From the NCBI RefSeq assembly GCF_003790525.1, contig NZ_CP033635.1: a stretch of DNA of 64,000 bases; one strand, given 5' to 3'. Positions 61,570 to 64,000 of this stretch are shown here, one piece after another (position 1 is the stretch's first letter; the number at the start of each line of letters is the position of its first letter). This DNA is from Escherichia coli. GTDB taxonomy: Bacteria > Pseudomonadota > Gammaproteobacteria > Enterobacterales > Enterobacteriaceae. Under the pieces are notes generated by a model. It searched no databases. It saw only the letters and a program-made list of their open reading frames with translations, and was not told the DNA's origin. Both the position numbers and the translations under genes were made by a program.

Positions 61570-62178
61570 AGAAAAGGGGTAACACCGATTACCCCATTCA
61601 TAACCTTTCTTTATCCTCTTTTAAAACATCTTTTTAACGTCAATGATGCCATTGCTTAGCGTTATCATCAGGTAATCCGTTTGTGGATAACCAAAAATGC
61701 AGGTTAATTGTTTTTTTAATAGCGAAATTTTCTATTCATTCGTGATCAAGATCACGATGCTGTGGCAATGTAAAAACATTGCAAGAACTAGGTTAAAATC
61801 ATTTAAATTTACACACGCAACAAATATTGACCTACAAAACATTACACTGGCTATTTTTCAGAAACTGGACTATCTCACTAGGAAAAACGCTAAATAGCAG
61901 AACATATCGCCGTTAAGCCATCATCCCCCTCTCAGGGTAGTGAAAAAATCTGCCGTTACGTTTTTTGAAAAATTTAACGCTGGATAACATTTCCCGGAAT
62001 GGTTGAATTCCCCGCCTCAGTTATATGTAACAGATTATTACAAAGGACTTGTCTGAAAGTGCAAGATAGTGAACATTACCTGCCGTTTCCCCTCCCACTA
62101 TAACAATTGCGCGTATGTTTTTAGGCATAACGCGAGAAAGCACCCCCGTTAATATGGGATGTAAAAAAAGAGGTAAAA

Positions 62179-63681
62179 GTGTCCACTGCAAACCAAAAAC
62201 CAACTGAAAGCGTCAGTTTGAACGCTTTCAAACAACCGAAGGCGTTCTATCTCATCTTCTCGATTGAGTTATGGGAACGTTTTGGTTATTACGGCCTACA
62301 AGGAATTATGGCTGTTTACCTGGTTAAACAACTGGGTATGTCTGAAGCGGATTCAATCACCCTTTTCTCTTCCTTTAGTGCCCTGGTTTATGGTCTGGTC
62401 GCTATCGGCGGCTGGTTAGGTGACAAGGTACTGGGTACTAAACGCGTAATTATGCTTGGCGCTATTGTGCTGGCGATTGGTTATGCTCTGGTTGCCTGGT
62501 CTGGTCACGACGCCGGTATCGTTTATATGGGTATGGCGGCTATTGCGGTCGGTAACGGCCTGTTTAAAGCTAACCCGTCTTCTCTGCTTTCTACATGCTA
62601 TGAGAAAAACGACCCGCGTCTGGACGGTGCATTCACCATGTACTACATGTCCGTCAACATCGGCTCTTTCTTCTCTATGATCGCCACCCCGTGGCTGGCC
62701 GCGAAATACGGCTGGAGTGTTGCGTTTGCGTTGAGCGTTGTAGGCCTGCTGATCACTATCGTTAACTTCGCCTTCTGCCAACGCTGGGTTAAACAGTACG
62801 GTTCAAAACCAGACTTCGAGCCTATCAACTACCGTAACCTGCTGCTGACCATTATTGGTGTTGTGGCACTGATCGCTATCGCCACCTGGCTGCTGCACAA
62901 TCAGGAAGTTGCGCGTATGGCGCTGGGCGTTGTTGCCTTCGGTATTGTGGTTATCTTCGGTAAAGAAGCCTTCGCGATGAAAGGTGCTGCGCGTCGTAAA
63001 ATGATCGTTGCCTTCATCCTGATGCTCGAAGCCATTATCTTCTTCGTGCTGTACAGCCAGATGCCAACGTCACTGAACTTCTTTGCGATTCGTAACGTTG
63101 AGCACTCCATTCTGGGTCTGGCCGTAGAACCTGAGCAGTATCAGGCACTGAACCCGTTCTGGATCATCATCGGTAGTCCGATTCTGGCCGCTATCTATAA
63201 CAAGATGGGCGATACCCTGCCGATGCCAACCAAGTTTGCAATCGGCATGGTGATGTGTTCTGGTGCGTTCCTGATTCTGCCGCTGGGTGCGAAATTCGCG
63301 TCTGACGCTGGTATCGTGTCTGTAAGCTGGCTGGTCGCGAGCTATGGCCTGCAGAGTATCGGGGAACTGATGATCTCTGGTCTGGGTCTGGCAATGGTCG
63401 CACAACTCGTTCCGCAGCGTCTGATGGGCTTCATTATGGGTAGCTGGTTCCTGACCACTGCCGGTGCAAACCTGATTGGTGGTTATGTTGCGGGTATGAT
63501 GGCTGTGCCGGATAACGTTACCGATCCGCTGATGTCACTGGAAGTCTATGGTCGCGTATTCTTGCAGATTGGTGTCGCTACTGCCGTTATTGCAGTACTG
63601 ATGCTGCTGACCGCGCCGAAACTGCACCGCATGACGCAGGATGACGCTGCAGACAAAGCGGCGAAAGCTGCTGTAGCGTAA
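62179..63681 (+). CDS. dtpA: POT-family di/tripeptide:H+ symporter
   Basis: 500 aa, GTG start, with the ExxERFxYY motif. Confidence 0.95.
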   Translation: MSTANQKPTESVSLNAFKQPKAFYLIFSIELWERFGYYGLQGIMAVYLVKQLGMSEADSITLFSSFSALVYGLVAIGGWLGDKVLGTKRVIMLGAIVLAIGYALVAWSGHDAGIVYMGMAAIAVGNGLFKANPSSLLSTCYEKNDPRLDGAFTMYYMSVNIGSFFSMIATPWLAAKYGWSVAFALSVVGLLITIVNFAFCQRWVKQYGSKPDFEPINYRNLLLTIIGVVALIAIATWLLHNQEVARMALGVVAFGIVVIFGKEAFAMKGAARRKMIVAFILMLEAIIFFVLYSQMPTSLNFFAIRNVEHSILGLAVEPEQYQALNPFWIIIGSPILAAIYNKMGDTLPMPTKFAIGMVMCSGAFLILPLGAKFASDAGIVSVSWLVASYGLQSIGELMISGLGLAMVAQLVPQRLMGFIMGSWFLTTAGANLIGGYVAGMMAVPDNVTDPLMSLEVYGRVFLQIGVATAVIAVLMLLTAPKLHRMTQDDAADKAAKAAVA

Positions 63682-63702
63682 AATTCAGGGAAACTCTTTT
63701 AC

Positions 63703-63736
63703 AAGCCGCTAACTTTTCGTTAGCGGCTTTTTTTTG
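63703..63736 (+). terminator. dtpA Rho-independent terminator
   Basis: AAGCCGCTAAC-ttttc-GTTAGCGGCTT followed by TTTTTTT. Confidence 0.85.
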
Positions 63737-63785
63737 TTCAGCAACGCACTACCATACTTTAAACCACAGACAAAAGGAGTTACCG

Positions 63786-64000
63786 ATGAAATTGTTCTAC
63801 AAACCGGGTGCCTGCTCTCTCGCTTCCCATATCACCCTGCGTGAGAGCGGAAAGGATTTTACGCTCGTCAGTGTGGATTTAATGAAAAAACGTCTCGAAA
63901 ACGGTGACGATTACTTTGCCGTTAACCCTAAGGGACAGGTGCCTGCATTGCAGCTGGACAATGGTACTTTGCTGACGGAAGGCGTAGCAATTATGCAGTA
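63786..64000 (+). CDS. gstA: Glutathione S-transferase, N-terminal 71 codons; 3' end outside the window
   Basis: [32 protein letters not shown]. Confidence 0.9.
   Translation, partial: MKLFYKPGACSLASHITLRESGKDFTLVSVDLMKKRLENGDDYFAVNPKGQVPALQLDNGTLLTEGVAIMQ

Noticed and set aside
61570-62178. 600-bp A/T-rich nth-dtpA intergenic region with small ORFs (61697..61897 on +, 62021..62203 on -) as possible foreign DNA
   Set aside because: No repeats, integrase or junction signatures. The ORFs have poor composition. I believe the long regulatory spacer upstream of dtpA is native to E. coli.

Overview
This window is Escherichia coli chromosome from the replication-terminus region. By gene order and my recollection of the proteins it is colinear with K-12: ynfF-ynfG-ynfH-dmsD, clcB, ynfK, mlc, ynfL, ynfM, asr, ydgU, ydgD, mdtIJ, tqsA, pntBA, ydgH, ydgI, folM, ydgC, rstAB, TerB/tus, fumCA, manA, ydgA, uidCBA-uidR, hdhA, malI-malXY, add, ydgJ, blr, cnu, ydgK, rsxABCDGE-nth, dtpA, gstA. 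The single accessory block is an 11.4-kb integrative element (12286..23728) inserted inside tqsA and bounded by a 9-bp direct repeat. It looks like a phage satellite (PICI-like). It carries a tyrosine integrase, AlpA, an Icd-like protein, a primase/helicase-type initiator next to an iteron origin, SSB, two PerC-family regulators, a lambda-type major capsid protein with a decoration protein, a Nu1-like small terminase/HTH protein, and lambda-like cos sites. It has no portal, protease, large terminase, tail or lysis genes. Four things in it deserve a second look. (1) There are two inverted copies of a lambda-like cosQ-cosN block flanking the Nu1-like gene, and only one copy has its own cosB-like repeat array. 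(2) By eye I count 16 Chi octamers in 11.4 kb versus about 6 in the 52 kb of flanking chromosome. (3) A 1-kb ORF-poor segment at the integrase-distal end holds five of those Chi sites. (4) The capsid module is partial (major capsid protein plus decoration protein only) and sits behind a promoter overlapped by a CTG-N10-CAG palindrome. No rRNA, tRNA, CRISPR array or IS element was seen. All calls come from reading the sequence and from memory of K-12 and lambda; no searches were run.
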